DNA of 64,000 bases. Origin: Macrostomum lignano (Eukaryota). The translations under genes and the position numbers were made by a program. Of the stretch, positions 42,400-55,701 are shown piece after piece (the first letter of the stretch is position 1; the number at the start of each line of letters is the position of its first letter). The stretch is from contig NIVC01000673.1 in assembly GCA_002269645.1 (NCBI GenBank), positions 1 through 64,000 of the forward strand. The letters are read 5' to 3'. Under the pieces are notes generated by a model. It did no database searches. It was not told the DNA's origin and was given only the letters and a program-made list of their open reading frames with translations.

Positions 42400-43046
42400 A
42401 AAAAGGGAGACAGTAGAGGGTAGAAGGGAGATTGTAGAGGGTAGAGGGTAGAGGGTAGAGGGTAGAGGAGAGATTGTAGAGCGTAGAGGGTAGAGGGGAG
42501 ATTGTAGAGGGTAGAGGGTAGAGGGTAGAGGGTAGAGGGGAGATTGTAGAGGGTAGAGGGTAGAGGAGAGATTGTAGAGGGTAGAGGGTAGAGGGTAGAG
42601 GGTAGAGGGGAGAGGGGAGATTGTAGAGGGTAGAGGGTAAAGTGTAGAGGAGAGATTGTAGAGGGTAGAGGGTAGAGGAGAGATTGTAGAGGGTAGAGGG
42701 TAGAGGGTAGAGGGTAGAGGGTAGAGGGGAGATTGTAGAGGGTAGAGGGTAGAGGGTAGAGGAGAGATTGTAGAGGGTAGAGGGTAGAGGAGAGATTGTA
42801 GAGGGTAGAGGGTAGAGGGGAGATTGTAGAGGGTAGAGGGTAGAGGGTAGAGGAGAGATTGTAGAGGGTAGAGGGTAGAGGGTAGAGGGTAAAGGGTAGA
42901 GGGGAGATTGTAGAGGGTAGAGGGTAGAGGGTAGAGGAGAGATTGTAGAGGGTAGAGGGTAGAGGAGAGATTGTAGAGGGTAGAGGGTAGAGGAGAGATT
43001 GTAGAGGGTAGAGGGTAGAGGGGAGATTGTAGAGGGTAGAGGGTAG
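42400..43046. repeat. Purine-rich (GTAGAGG)n / GGAGAGATT compound repeat
   Basis: Direct reading. Confidence 0.95.
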
Positions 43047-43728
43047 AAGACAGAGGGTGGAGGGGAGAGGCAGATCAGACCCAGTGAGCTAGTTTTATAT
43101 TTGGAGAAGAGATGCGACAAGCAAAATGCAGTGAATTCTGTTACTTCACCCAGTATCTGTGCTGTCTAACAAAATTAAATAAAAATTTAAAATTTAAACA
43201 TACAGCAAAATCTTCATAAAAGCCAAGAATAATTAAAAGATTGACATTTGTGTTTACATCCAACTTACGTTAAGTTTTTGGACGATATTCGACCAGTTCG
43301 AGAATATTATTTTGGCCCGAGGCGAAAGCCACAGAAACGGCAGGTGTTAAGCCAGGGAAGGAGAATGTGTTGAAAGGAAGCAAAAATAACTGCAGAGCTG
43401 GATGGGGGGTTGGGAAAAAGGGGAGATGGGAGGGAGGCTGGCAGTTAGGAGTGGCTGATTGGGGGGAGCGCTGGATGGCAGGAGACACGTGGGCGGCAAA
43501 ACCCGGCACAAAAGCAGCAAAAAAAGATTTCAAAGAGACATGCTGAGGCTCTTGTTTTTGTCTCAACTGGCCGTCGCTGAAGCATCCGGGCGGAAGGCAG
43601 ACAGGGACTCAGGGGGGAGAAGGAAATGAGGAAATTGGGAGCTGAGGCAAGAAATGGAATGGGAAGTGCCACTGACTGTCCTTCTTGCCATTTTCAGTTG
43701 GAATGGGAAAATTGGGGATGCAGTGACC

Positions 43729-45065
43729 CACTGAATGTGTCTTAGGGTAGCAGTGACCCACTGAGTGTGTCTTAGGGTAAGCAGTGACCCACTGAGTGTG
43801 TCTTAGGGTAGCAGTGACCCACTGAGTGTGTCTTAGGGTAAGCAGTGACCCACTGAGTGTGTCTTAGGGTAGCAGTGACCCACTGAGTGTGTCTTAGGGT
43901 AGCAGTGACCCACTGAGTGTGTCTTAGGGAAGCAGTGACCCACTGAGTGTGTCTTAGGGTAGCAGTGACCCACTGAATGTTTCTTTAGAGGGTAGCAGTG
44001 ACCCACTGAATGTTTCTTTAGAGGGTAGCAGTGACCCACTGAGTGTGTCTTTAGAGGGTAGCAGTGACCCACTGAGTGTGTCTTTAGAGGGTAGCAGTGA
44101 CCCACTGAATGTGTCTTTAGAGGGTAGCAGTGACCCACTGAGTGTGTCTTAGGGTAGCAGTGACCCACTGAGTGTGTCTTAGGGTAGCAGTGACCCACTG
44201 AGTGTGTCTTAGGGTAGCAGTGACCCACTGAGTGTGTCTTAGGGTAGCAGTGACCCACTGAGTGTGTCTTAGGGTAGCAGTGACCCACTGAGTGTGTCTT
44301 AGGGTAGCAGTGACCCACTGAGTGTGTCTTAGGGTAGCAGTGACCCACTGAGTGTGTCTTAGGGTAGCAGTGACCCACTGAGTGTGTCTTAGGGTAGCAG
44401 TGACCCACTGAGTGTGTCTTAGGGTAGCAGTGACCCACTGAATGTTTCTTTAGAGGGTAGCAGTGACCCACTGAGTGTGTCTTTAGAGGGTAGCAGTGAC
44501 CCACTGAATGTGTCTTTAGAGGGTAGCAGTGACCCACTGAGTGTGTCTTTAGAGGGTAGCAGTGACCCACTGAATGTATCTTTAGAGGGTAGCAGTGACC
44601 CACTGAGTGTGTCTTAGGGTAGCAGTGACCCACTGAGTGTGTCTTAGGGTAGCAGTGACCCACTGAGTGTGTCTTAGGGTAGCAGAGACCCACTGAGTGT
44701 GTCTTAGGGTAGCAGTGATCCACTGAGTGTGTCTTAGGGTAGCAGTGACCCACTGAGTGTGTCTTAGGGTAGCAGTGACCCACTGAGTGTGTCTTAGGGT
44801 AGCAGTGACCCACTGAGTGTGTCTTAGGGTAGCAGTGACCCACTGAGTGTGTCTTAGGGTAGCAGTGACCCACTGAGTGTGTCTTAGGGTAGCAGTGACC
44901 CACTGAGTGTGTCTTAGGGTAGCAGTGACCCACTGAGTGTGTCTTAGGGTAGCAGTGACCCACTGAGTGTGTCTTTAGAGGGTAGCAGTGACCCACTGAA
45001 TGTGTCTTTAGAGGGTAGCAGTGACCCACTGAGTGTGTCTTTAGAGGGTAGCAGTGACCCACTGA
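43729..45065. repeat. 30/33 bp minisatellite (GCAGTGACCCACTGAGTGTGTCTTAGGGTA, +TAG variant)
   Basis: About 43 units in blocks of 30 bp and 33 bp variants. Confidence 0.99.
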
Positions 45066-45589
45066 AGGAGGCAAGCAAGGAGGTTCCCTGTCGTGATGTC
45101 ACCCTGCCCTGATCCCTAATCCCTATCACTGCGTATATTCTCCCAACAGTGTCACTCCAGTCAGCTACCCCAGTGGTCTCTCCTTCTGCATACTTTTTAT
45201 CTCGATCCACCCGCTGCCCTTTTCAATTACTTCTCGGATCCTAGAGAAGAGTTCGGCCGTCTCCCCGGGCCCTTAGTGAACACATCGATTTTTTAGCCCA
45301 GCAGTTCTCCCCTGGGAGCTGGTAGCCAAGCTAAACTGTCTCGCAAGCTTTCACTCAAAATCAGATCAGCGCCGCACGCAACGGCTTCAGGGGCCGCGCA
45401 GCTGCGTTAGATTCCCACCAAGATTTGTTATTTTGCGTGCTCGACTGCTGTCTGGTTGTTTACACGAACCGGTGAATCTCTGCTACTTGGCTCTGCTGTC
45501 CATCATGGGTCTTTGCGTACTTGCTGCAAACGAAAAATTGCTTTCAAAATTAACAAAATGCTATTTGAGGTATTTGGGTTTTGCCGTTT

Positions 45590-45678
45590 TAGTTAGTTAA
45601 TTAATTAGTTTGTTAGTTAGTTAGTTAGTTAGTTAGTTAGTCAGCTAGTTAGTCAGTTAGTTAGTCAGATAGTTAGTC

Positions 45679-45709
<31 letters not shown>

Positions 45710-45737
45710 CAGTCAGTTAGTTAGTTAGTTAGTTAGT

Positions 45738-45783
<46 letters not shown>

Positions 45784-45846
45784 CTTACTTAGTTAGTTAG
45801 TTAGTTAGTCAGCTAGTTAGTCAGTTAGTTAGTCAGCTAGTTAGTC

Positions 45847-45906
<60 letters not shown>

Positions 45907-45957
45907 GGTTAGTTAGTCAGTTAGTTAGTCAGTTAGTTAGTTAGTTAGTTAGTTAGT

Positions 45958-45988
<31 letters not shown>

Positions 45989-46086
45989 TTAGTTAGTTTG
46001 TTACTTACTTAGTTAGTTAGTTAGTTAGTCAGCTAGTTAGTCAGCTAGTTAGTCAGTTAGTTAGTCAGTTAGTTAGTTAGTTAGTC

Positions 46087-46146
<60 letters not shown>

Positions 46147-46197
46147 GGTTAGTTAGTTAGTTAGTCAGTCAGTTAGTTAGTTAGTTAGTTAGTTAGT

Positions 46198-46228
<31 letters not shown>

Positions 46229-46275
46229 CTAGTTAGTTGATTAGTTAGTTAGTTGGTTAGTTAGCTAGTTAGTTG
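45590..46275. repeat. (GTTA)n microsatellite with GTCA/GCTA/GTTG interruptions
   Basis: Direct reading. Confidence 0.98.
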
Positions 46276-47332
46276 GTCCGTCAATCAGACTGAATCCGAT
46301 GAAAGGAACTTAAATGTACTAAAAGCTGCTGACTTCCTGATACCCACACTGATCTGATGCCAAACGGTACACAAGGAGCGTACAGAAATCATAGGGCAGA
46401 ATCTCGGCCCGGGTCAGTAGGAAATTCGATCCCGATCCGAACTTGAATTTCGCACCGTCCTTCTCTTCCTGGTCAGACAATTATCAAAATAAGCGAGCTG
46501 CCTTGCTTCCAGCTTCGGTAATTTCTCCTACAGTGGTTTCTTTTTCAGCTTCATTTTGAACAGGAAGTTTTCTGGCTGCAAAATCAAGGAGTTCTAAAAA
46601 TAGACACCCGGAGTGAAACACCCTGCCTATTCAGTTTTCTATCCAGATGCTGCGTCCGCACTCTCCATGGCTTTAGGAGAGACCATGTTTTTGGCCTCGA
46701 GCCTTCTACTTGACTGCGCAGATCACGGAGCTCAGATTTCGGCAGAATCCCACGCAAGACAGAATTATGGCATTACAGCCTTGGAGACAGGCGGAAGAAT
46801 TGACCATTTTTTTGGCGTCGCACTGGTCACGGCTCGTTTGTTATCATCATCATCATAGCATTGCCAGCTTCCCCCCAGTCCATCGCGTGCTGACAGGGGA
46901 GGGCCGGGGCGTTTACAAGCACAAATTTTTATATCGCTACGGCACCTGAGCCTATCCATCAGGCCATGCAGTCAGAGTGGAGCTGCTAGCTGATTTTCAA
47001 TTAAGCACTAATCGGATTTGCGCTCCGTGTGATGAAGAGACTGTATTCTACAATAGGAAATCGCAATATTTAGGATGGATATGAGCCCAGATTCTCTCCC
47101 AGCTTTGTTAATCTGCTCGGAATTTAGACTGTTTATTCACAACATTTTAGCGTGAGGCGCTATCGAAGTAAGCTGGATTTACCTTCGTATCCGGTAATCC
47201 AATGCAGAGCTTGCAAATTTTAAGTAAGTCTTAAATCTATTTTCGTCGAAAACAATATCACTGACGCAAATAATAAATTTATTTCAGAACTTCTGGACGT
47301 CTTAGGGGATTTGTTCACACTCGATCCGCTGC

Positions 47333-48100
47333 TCTCCAGGGAATCTGATCACTCTCCTCAGCACTGCAGAGAATCTGATCACTCTCCTCAGCACTCCAGG
47401 GAATCTGATCACTCTCCTCAGCACTGCAGAGAATCTGATCACTCTCCTCAGCACTCCAGGGAATCTGATCACTCTCCTCAGCACTGCAGAGAATCTGATC
47501 ACTCTCCTCAGCACTGCAGAGAATCTTATCACTCTCCTCAGCACTCCAGAGAATCTGATCACTCTCTACTGCACTCCAGGGAATTTGATCACTCTCTACT
47601 ACACTCCAGGGAATTTGATCACTCTCTACTACACTCCAGGGAATTTGATCACTCTTCAGCACTCCAGGGAATCTCATCACTCTCCTCAACACTCCAGGGA
47701 ATCTGATCACTCTCCTCAGCAGTACAGGGAATCTGATCACTCTCTACTGCACTCCAGGGAATCTGATCACTCTCCTCAGCAGTACAGGGAATCTGATCAC
47801 TCTCTACTGCACTCCAGAGAATCTGATCACTCTCCTCAGCACTCCAGAGAATCTGATCACTCTACTGCACTCCAGAGAATCTGATCACTCTCCTCAGCAC
47901 TCCAGGGGATCTGATCACTCTCCTCAGCAGTACAGGGAATCTGATCACTCTCTACTGCACTCCAGGGAATCTGATCACTCTCTACTGCACTCCATGGGAT
48001 CTGATCACTCTCTACTGCACTCCATGGAATCTGATCACTCTCTACTGCACTCCAGGGGATCTGATCACTCTCTACTGCACTCCAGGGGATCTGATCACTC
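47333..48100. repeat. ~28-30 bp minisatellite (GAATCTGATCACTCTCCTCAGCACTCCAGG)
   Basis: About 26 units; the left part alternates as a 60 bp dimer (CACTGCAGA/CACTCCAGG). Confidence 0.97.
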
Positions 48101-48679
48101 ACTCATTGTGTGCCAAAGAATCCCGAGCGCCCAGAGTCAGTTTGTAAATCAGGAACACTTCTTACTCACCAGTTCAGCAAACAAGCAGCTTCCTTCGTCA
48201 AATCCTTGAGCTGTCTAGTGTTCTAGCACAGCTTCATCAGCTCAGCTCAGCCTCTCAGGATATGAGAACAAGGCCGCACGATGCGCCTGCGTGCTTGTCT
48301 GGGCTTCGGATTAATATTGCATAGACTCTGTTTCCGGGAGACCGAATTCTCATTTAGTGCAGCAGTGCACTCGTAGCTCAGTGCAGGCAACTCATTAATA
48401 TCGCCTATGCAGTCGCTGCACAGCGAAGGACACTTAAATCATCCATAAAAAAACAAAAAAACACAGCTTGAATTATCGATAAACGGCTTTCAAGAAAAAA
48501 AAGCTCTTTAAATGACGAGAATTGATTTGCAACTTAATTCTCTGTTTGGCAAGCATAATTGCTTTTTAAAGCTTAAGACTGCTTTAGCGATCGGCCGTTG
48601 CTTGATCATTAGCTAATTAAAAACCTTTTATCTACACTGTGAATACGGCTTTGAGTTGCTTTTTATTGAGGCAGTTGGG

Positions 48680-50260
48680 AGATCAAGAATGGGGAAGATG
48701 TGAGATCAAGGGATGGGGAAGATGGGATATCAGATAATGGGGAAGATGGGAGATCAGATGATGGGGAAGATGGGATATCAGATAATGGGGAAGATGGGGA
48801 TCATATAATGGGGAAGATGGGAGATCAGATAATGGGGAAGATGGGATATCAGATGATGGGGAAGATGGGAGATCAGAGGATGGGGAAGATGGGATATCAG
48901 ATGATGGGGAAGATGGGAGATCAGAGGATGCGGAAGATGGGAGATCAGATAATGGGGAAGATGGGAGATCAGATAATGGGGAAGATGGGAGATCAGATAA
49001 TGAGGAAGATGGGATATCAGATAATGGGGAAGATGGGAGATCAGAGGATGGGGAAGATGGGAGATCAGATAATGGGGAAGATGGGAGATCAGATGATGGG
49101 GAAGATGGGATATCAGATGATGGGGCAGATGGGAGATCAGAGGATGGGGAAGATGGGAGATCAGATGATGGGGCAGATGGGAGATCAGAGGATGGGGAAG
49201 ATGGGATATCAGATGATGGGGAAGATGGGAGATCAGATGCAGATGATGGGGAAGATGGGATATCAGATAATGGGGAAGATAAGATATCAGATGATGGGGC
49301 AGATGGGAGATCAGAGGATGGGGAAGATGGGAGATCAGAGGATGGGGCAGATGGGAGATCAGAGGATGGGGAAGATGGGAGATCAGATGATGGGGAAGAT
49401 GGGAGATCAGATAATGGGGAAGATGGGAGATCAGATAATGGGGAAGATGGGAGATCAGATAATGGGGAAGATGGGAGATCAGATGATGGGGAAGATGGGA
49501 GATCAGATAATGGGGAAGATGGGAGATCAGATGATGGGGAAGATGGGAGATCAGATAATGGGGAAGATGGGAGATCAGATGATGGGGAAGATGGGAGATC
49601 AGATAATGGGGAAGATGGGAGATCAGATGATGGGGAAGATGGGAGATCAGATGATGGGGAAGATGGGAGATCAGATGATGGGGAAGATGGGATATCAGAT
49701 GATGTGGAAGATGGGATATCAGATGATGGGGAAGATGGGAGATCAGAGGATGAGGAAGATGGGGATCATATAATGGGGAAGATGGGAGATCAGATGATGG
49801 GGAAGATGGGAGATCAGATGATGGGGAAGATGGGAGATCATATAATGGGGAAGATGGGATATCAGATGATGGGGAAGATGGGATATCAGATAATGGGGAA
49901 GATGGGAGATCAGATGATGGGGAAGATGGGAGATCAGATGATGGGGAAGATGGGATATCAGATAATGGGGAAGATGGGAGATCAGATGATGGGGAAGATG
50001 GGAGATCAGATGATGGGGAAGATGGGAGATCAGATGATTGGGAAGATGGGATATCAGATAATGGGTAAGATGGGAGATCAGAGGTTGGGGGAAGCTGGGA
50101 GATCAGAGGATGGGGGAAGCTGGGAGATCAGAGGTTGGGGGAAGCTGGGAGATCAGAGGATGGGGGAAGCTGGGAGATCAGAGGATGGGGGAAGCTGGGA
50201 GATCAGAGGATGGGGAAGCTGGGAGATCAGAGGATGGGGGAAGCTGGGAGATCAGAGGAT
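48680..50260. repeat. 24 bp minisatellite (GATGGGGAAGATGGGAGATCAGAT) grading into a 25 bp variant
   Basis: About 65 units; the right end switches to GGGGGAAGCTGGGAGATCAGAGGAT. Confidence 0.98.
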
Positions 50261-51149
50261 CAAATGGCAAGAAATCGCGGCATTGCAAAGCACACAGAAA
50301 TCCAAGAACTTGCACGTTGCCCTGACTAGCAGTGCGTCATTCTTGGCTGTTTTTAAGAACTAACAAAAAGGCAAAAGGCACCTGGGCAGCTCAAGCCAGA
50401 CGGGGGATTTAGGATCCTGAGGCAAGCTCTTATCACCCTGAAAACAGATGCAGAGCAAGTTCCTGCAGTTCCTATCATACGTAACCGAATCCTGTACATG
50501 TAAAATCAGCGAAAATGATTGATTGCCGATGAAATAAATATTATTATGAATAATAACATTTAATATCAACTGCAGTAGGGATTCTGGCACCCTGGCTCTT
50601 CGCCGATATCGCCCCTCAGCCCAATCCGCTGGCTCCTGAGCAAATGCAAGCGCGCCAATGCTGTACGTTGGCACAGCACTCATCCAGTCGCTCACACAGG
50701 GTGTACATCGGCCTCGTGACTTTCCAATCGTCAGGCATGTACAGTCTCAGGGCCTTGGGCGTTGGCACTCATGGCTGTCACTCCCACAGGACAATTTCCG
50801 TGCACTCAAGCCTTATTAAGTCAAGGCCTTATATAAAGGCAGCTGAAGGAAAATCAGCTTTTTTATATCTTAATTTGCAGTAAGTCACGTACCATTAAGA
50901 AAAAAAATAATTAACACAGTAAATTCAATCTTTTTTTTGTTTCCGAAACAAAACGACTAACCCAGTGTGTTTAAATGCGCATGAGGAAACGCACAGTGTG
51001 TGTTTATTTTATAAAGCATCAGCATCAAGTATCCGGTAATGATTTATTGCCTGCCTTAGGTTTTAACCAGCAAGCAATAGAAGCAGTTGTGCAAATCAAT
51101 TACTGTCAAGATTGTTCCTTTTCCCTGATGGATGCATGTTTTGTTTGTC

Positions 51150-52696
51150 TGACACAATCTGTTTAAACAGTCTGACACAAATCAAACCGTCTGACACAAA
51201 TAAAACTAGTCTGACACAAATCAAACTATCTAGTCTGACACAAATCAAACTATTCTGACACAAATCAAACTATCTAGTCTGACACAAATCAAACCAGTCT
51301 GACACAATCAAACTATCTAGTCTGACACAAATCAAACCAGTCTGACACAAATCAAACCAGTCTGACACAAATCAAACTATCTAGTCTGACACAAATCAAA
51401 CCAGTCTGACACAAATCAAACCAGTCTGACACAAATCAAACCAGTCTGACACAAATCAAACCAGTCTGACACAAATCAAACCAGTCTGACACAAATCAAA
51501 CCAGTCTGACACAAATCAAACCAGTCTGACACAAATCAAACTACCTAGTCTGACACAAATCAAACTAGTCTGACACAAATCAAACCAGTCTGACACAAAT
51601 AAAACTAGTCTGACACAAATCAAACTATCTAGTCTGACACAAATCAAACCAGTCTGACACAAATCAAACTAGTCTGACACAAATCAAACCAGTCTGACAC
51701 AATTAAAACCAGTCTGACACAAATCAAACTAGTCTGACACAAATCAAACCAGTCTGACACAATTAAAACTAGTCTGACACAAATCAAACCAGTCTGACAC
51801 AAATCAAACCAGTCTGACACAGATCAAACCAGACTGACACAAATCAAACTAGTCTGACACAAATCAAACCAGTCTGACACAAATCAAACCAGTCTGACAC
51901 AATCAAACTATCTAGTCTGACACAAATCAAACCAGTCTGACACAAATCAAACCAGTCTGACACAAATCAAACCAGTCTGACACAAATCAAACTAGTCTGA
52001 CACAAATCAAACCAGTCTGACACAATTAAAACTAGTCTGACACAAATCAAACCAGTCTGACACAAATCAAACCAGTCTGACACAAATCAAACCAGTCTGA
52101 CACAAATCAAACTACCTAGTCTGACACAAATCAAACTAGTCCGACACAAATCAAACCAGTCTGACACAAATAAAACCAGTCTGACACAAATCAAACTATC
52201 TAGTCTGACACAAATCAAACCAGTCTGACACAAATCAAACTAGTCTGACACAAATCAAACCAGTCTGACACAATTAAAACCAGTCTGACACAAATCAAAC
52301 TAGTCTGACACAAATCAAACCAGTCTGACACCAATCAAACCAGTCTGACACAAATCATACCAGTCTGACACAAATCAAACCAGTCTGACACAAATCAAAC
52401 CAGTCTGACACAAATCAAACTAGTCTGACACAAATCAAACCAGTCTGACACAAATCAAACCAGTCTGACACAAATCAAACCAGTCTGACACAAATCAAAC
52501 CAGTCTGACACAAATCAAACCATTCTGACACAAATCAAACCAGTCTGACACAAATCAAACCAGTCTGACACAAATCAAACTATCTAGTCTGACACAAATC
52601 AAACCAGTCTGACACAAATCAAACTAGTCTGACACAAATCAAACCAGTCTGACACAAATCAAACCAGTCTGACACAAATCAAACTAGTCTGACACA
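51150..52696. repeat. 20 bp minisatellite (CAGTCTGACACAAATCAAAC) with 24 bp variants
   Basis: About 75 units, ending 45 nt from the WDR46 stop codon. Confidence 0.99.
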
Positions 52697-52741
52697 TACA
52701 TTATTAGAACCGAAAATTTAAACAGATTAAAAAGCGGCAGC

Positions 52742-54684
52742 TCAGTCGGCCTTGGGTATAAGCCTGTCCAAGAAGGTGCCAGTCGCCGGCTTAGTCAGCT
52801 CCCCGCTCTGTGAAATCTTCTTAGCCTTCTTCGTCTTCCGACCGCCTGCGGCGTCGGCGCCTTCGTCGCCCATCTCGGCCAGGACTCGCTTCTTCGACTT
52901 GAGCAGCTGGCGCAGCTCCATCCGCCTGCGCTGCCATCTTTCGCCGACTTTTCTGTTCAACTCGCCGGACGCCTTGCCGCTTCGTCGGCGCGGCTGAAAC
53001 TGGCGAACCTCGTCCGACGGCAGCGCCATCACGGCCGCCCGCTTCCTGGCCAGAGCCTCCTCGATGCCCTCGGCGTCCACCGCGTTGACGCCGCCGCCCA
53101 CAGCCGGCGGGGCGATGGTCTCGGGCGGCAGTTTGTCCAGCAGGCCGCGGACTTCCGCCTCGCGACGCTGCCGCTTCCCGGACAGCGGGTGGACGGCGCC
53201 GTCCGGGTTGGGCTCGCCCGAGCCCGGCACCAGCACGGAGCCGAGGCCGCGGGCGTGTCCGAAAGCCAACACGTCCTCCCACGGACAGAAGGCCAAGTCG
53301 GACAGCCGGCCGGGACTCGGGTGGCTGAGCAGCGGCTTGGCCCCGCCGGCCGGCAACACCATCAGAGCGGCGCCCTGCCGCACCGGACAGGCCAGCAGGC
53401 CGCGCTGACTGACCGCCAGCTGCGGCGCCGCGTCGAACAGGCGAATCGACGCCGCGTCGGCGCCGTTGTCGCTGACAGACAGCGGTCGGAGGCAGCGGAT
53501 ATCCCACACGCGCAGGCGGGAGTCGCCGCCCAGGGTGTACACGGCGTGTCCGGCCGGGGCGGTTGCCACAGCTCGGACACCGGCCGGACAGCAGAGGATT
53601 TTCACTACCGGCCGCTTCTCCAACGGAGTCCAAATGCAGAGCTGCCCGTTGGGCTGTCCGGTGAGCACACAGCCGCTGTCCGGGTGCAGCGCGGACACTC
53701 GCAGCGGGCCGTGGTGTCCGCAGTAGCTGGCGACAGTCTGTCCGGTGCTGACGTCCTGCCAGTGCAGGTGGCCGGTGTCTGTGCAAGCGGCCAGAAGCCA
53801 GTGCCTCGGTAGCCAGAACAGCTTATTAGCCTTGTGCAATCGCTTCAAGCAGTGCAGCTCGAGGCCCTGCGCGTCGTAAATGTAAGTCCAGTTGCTATGG
53901 GCCACGGCCAGCTGGGGGGTGGAGCCAGCGCCTACCCAGGTTAGCGCGTGGCACGGCTCGTTCACCTGGGGATGCGGATGGGCAATGGGCTTATTGACGG
54001 TTGTCAGTTGTAATGTCAGGTAAGTCAGGTAACATCAGAATGTGTCAGTTGTCATAAATTATGTCAGGTAACATCGGAATGTGTCAGTTGTCATAAATTA
54101 TGTCAGCAATCAGCAGAATGCGTCAGTTGTCATAAATTATGTCAGGTAACATCATAATGTGTAAGTTGTCATAATATGTGTCAATTTTCCTAGAATGTGT
54201 CAGCTAAAATCAGAATGTATCAGTTGTCTTGAACTTGACATATTCAATAATTTATATATTTTGTAGATTGTATAAACTACACGGCTTCTTCTACTATAAG
54301 TAGGCCGCTCCGAAAATAGCTCGATAAATTCCACACCTGAGACTCGAACATGAGCCGTTTCTGACGCCATTCAAAGGCTGCAACGTGGCCGCCGCGGCCG
54401 CACAGGGCCAGCAGGCGGCCGGTGGTGTCGTAGGCCACAGAGTAGGGCCCGTACTGCAGGCTCAGCTCGAAGTGGCCCGGCCTGGCGGCCACAGCCACCC
54501 GGCGAAGCAGCTTGGACTGTGTTGGCGCCCACTCGCCCGGCCGCGACTCGATGCCGCCCGGAGATTCCAACGCCGCGGCGGAGGCCAACTTGGCGGCCTC
54601 CCGACGAAGTCGGGCAGCTTTGGCGGCTGCTTTGGCGTGAAATCCGCTTGGCATCTGGTCGGAGTCTTCCGCAGCGACGTCCAT
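52742..54684 (-). CDS. WDR46: WD repeat protein 46 / U3 snoRNP Utp7 (BING4), ~523 aa (exons 54684-54337 and 53965-52742)
   Basis: FELSLQYGPYSVAYDTTGRLLALCGRGGHVAAFEW; AVAHSNWTYIYDAQGLELHCLK; FCPWEDVLAFGHARGLGSVLVPGSGEPNPD; QRREAEVRGLLDKLPPETI are hallmark WDR46/Utp7 motifs. ACCATGG start; phase 0 intron CAG|GTGTGG..CCCCAG|. Confidence 0.95.
54000..54220. repeat. Degenerate ~40 bp repeat in the WDR46 intron
   Basis: AATGTGTCAGTTGTCATAAATTATGTCAGGTAACATC occurs about 5 times. Confidence 0.85.
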
Positions 54685-54887
54685 GGTTGTCTGGAAGTGC
54701 GTTAGCAAGACTCTGAGAGCTCTGGGTTCGTAGGATTTTCATAGATTCCATATGCCACCAAGTGAGCAGTGCTAAGCTTCAGCTATCAGTTGAGTTGAGT
54801 ACCTGAGATCAAGCTTGAGCTACTCAACTTAGTTGAGACAGACAGACAGACTTAGTTGACTCAGACGTACTAGGCCTACCTGGGGCC

Positions 54888-55701
54888 TACTCAACTGATA
54901 GCTCAAGCTTGGCACTGGGCCTACTCAACTGATAGCTCAAGCTTGGCACTGGGCCTACTCAACTGATGGCTCAAGCTTGGCACTGGGCCTACTGAACTGA
55001 TAGCTCAAGCTTGGTACTGGGCCTACTCAACTGATAGCTCAAGCTTGGCACTGGGCCTACTCAACTGATAGCTCAAGCTTGGTACTGGGCCTACTCAACT
55101 GATAGCTCAAGCTTGGCACTGGGCCTACTCAACTGATGGCTCAAGCTTGGCACTGGGCCTACTGAACTGATAGCTCAAGCTTGGCACTGGGCCTACTCAA
55201 CTGATAGCTCAAGCTTGGCACTGGGCCTACTCAACTGATAGCTCAAGCTTGGCACTGGGCCTATTCAACTGATAGCTCAAGCTTGGCACTGGGCCTACTG
55301 AACTGATAGCTCAAGCTTGGCACTGGGCCTACTCAACTGATAGCTCAAGCTTGGCACTGGGCCTACTCAACTGATAGCTCAAGCTTGGCACTGGGCCTAT
55401 TCAACTGATAGCTCAAGCTTGGCACTGGACCTACTTTACTGATAGCTCAAGCTTGGCACTGGGCCTACTGAACTGATAGCTCAAGCTTGGCACTGGGCCT
55501 ACTTTACTGATAGCTCAAGCTTGGCACTGGGCCTACTGAACTGATAGCTCAAGCTTGGCACTGGGCCTACTCAACTGATAGCTCAAGCTTGGCACTGGGC
55601 CTACTCAACTGATGGCTCAAGCTTGGCACTGGGCCTACTCAACTGATAGCTCAAGCTTGGCACTGGGCCTACTCAACTGATAGCTTAAGCTTGGCACTGG
55701 G
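54888..55701. repeat. 34 bp minisatellite (CTACTCAACTGATAGCTCAAGCTTGGCACTGGGC)
   Basis: About 24 units, ~200 nt upstream of the WDR46 start. Confidence 0.98.

Noticed and set aside
48700-50363. Met/Gly/Lys/Asp/Gln-rich ORFs
   Set aside because: Translation of the 24 bp satellite; the frame changes with unit variants.
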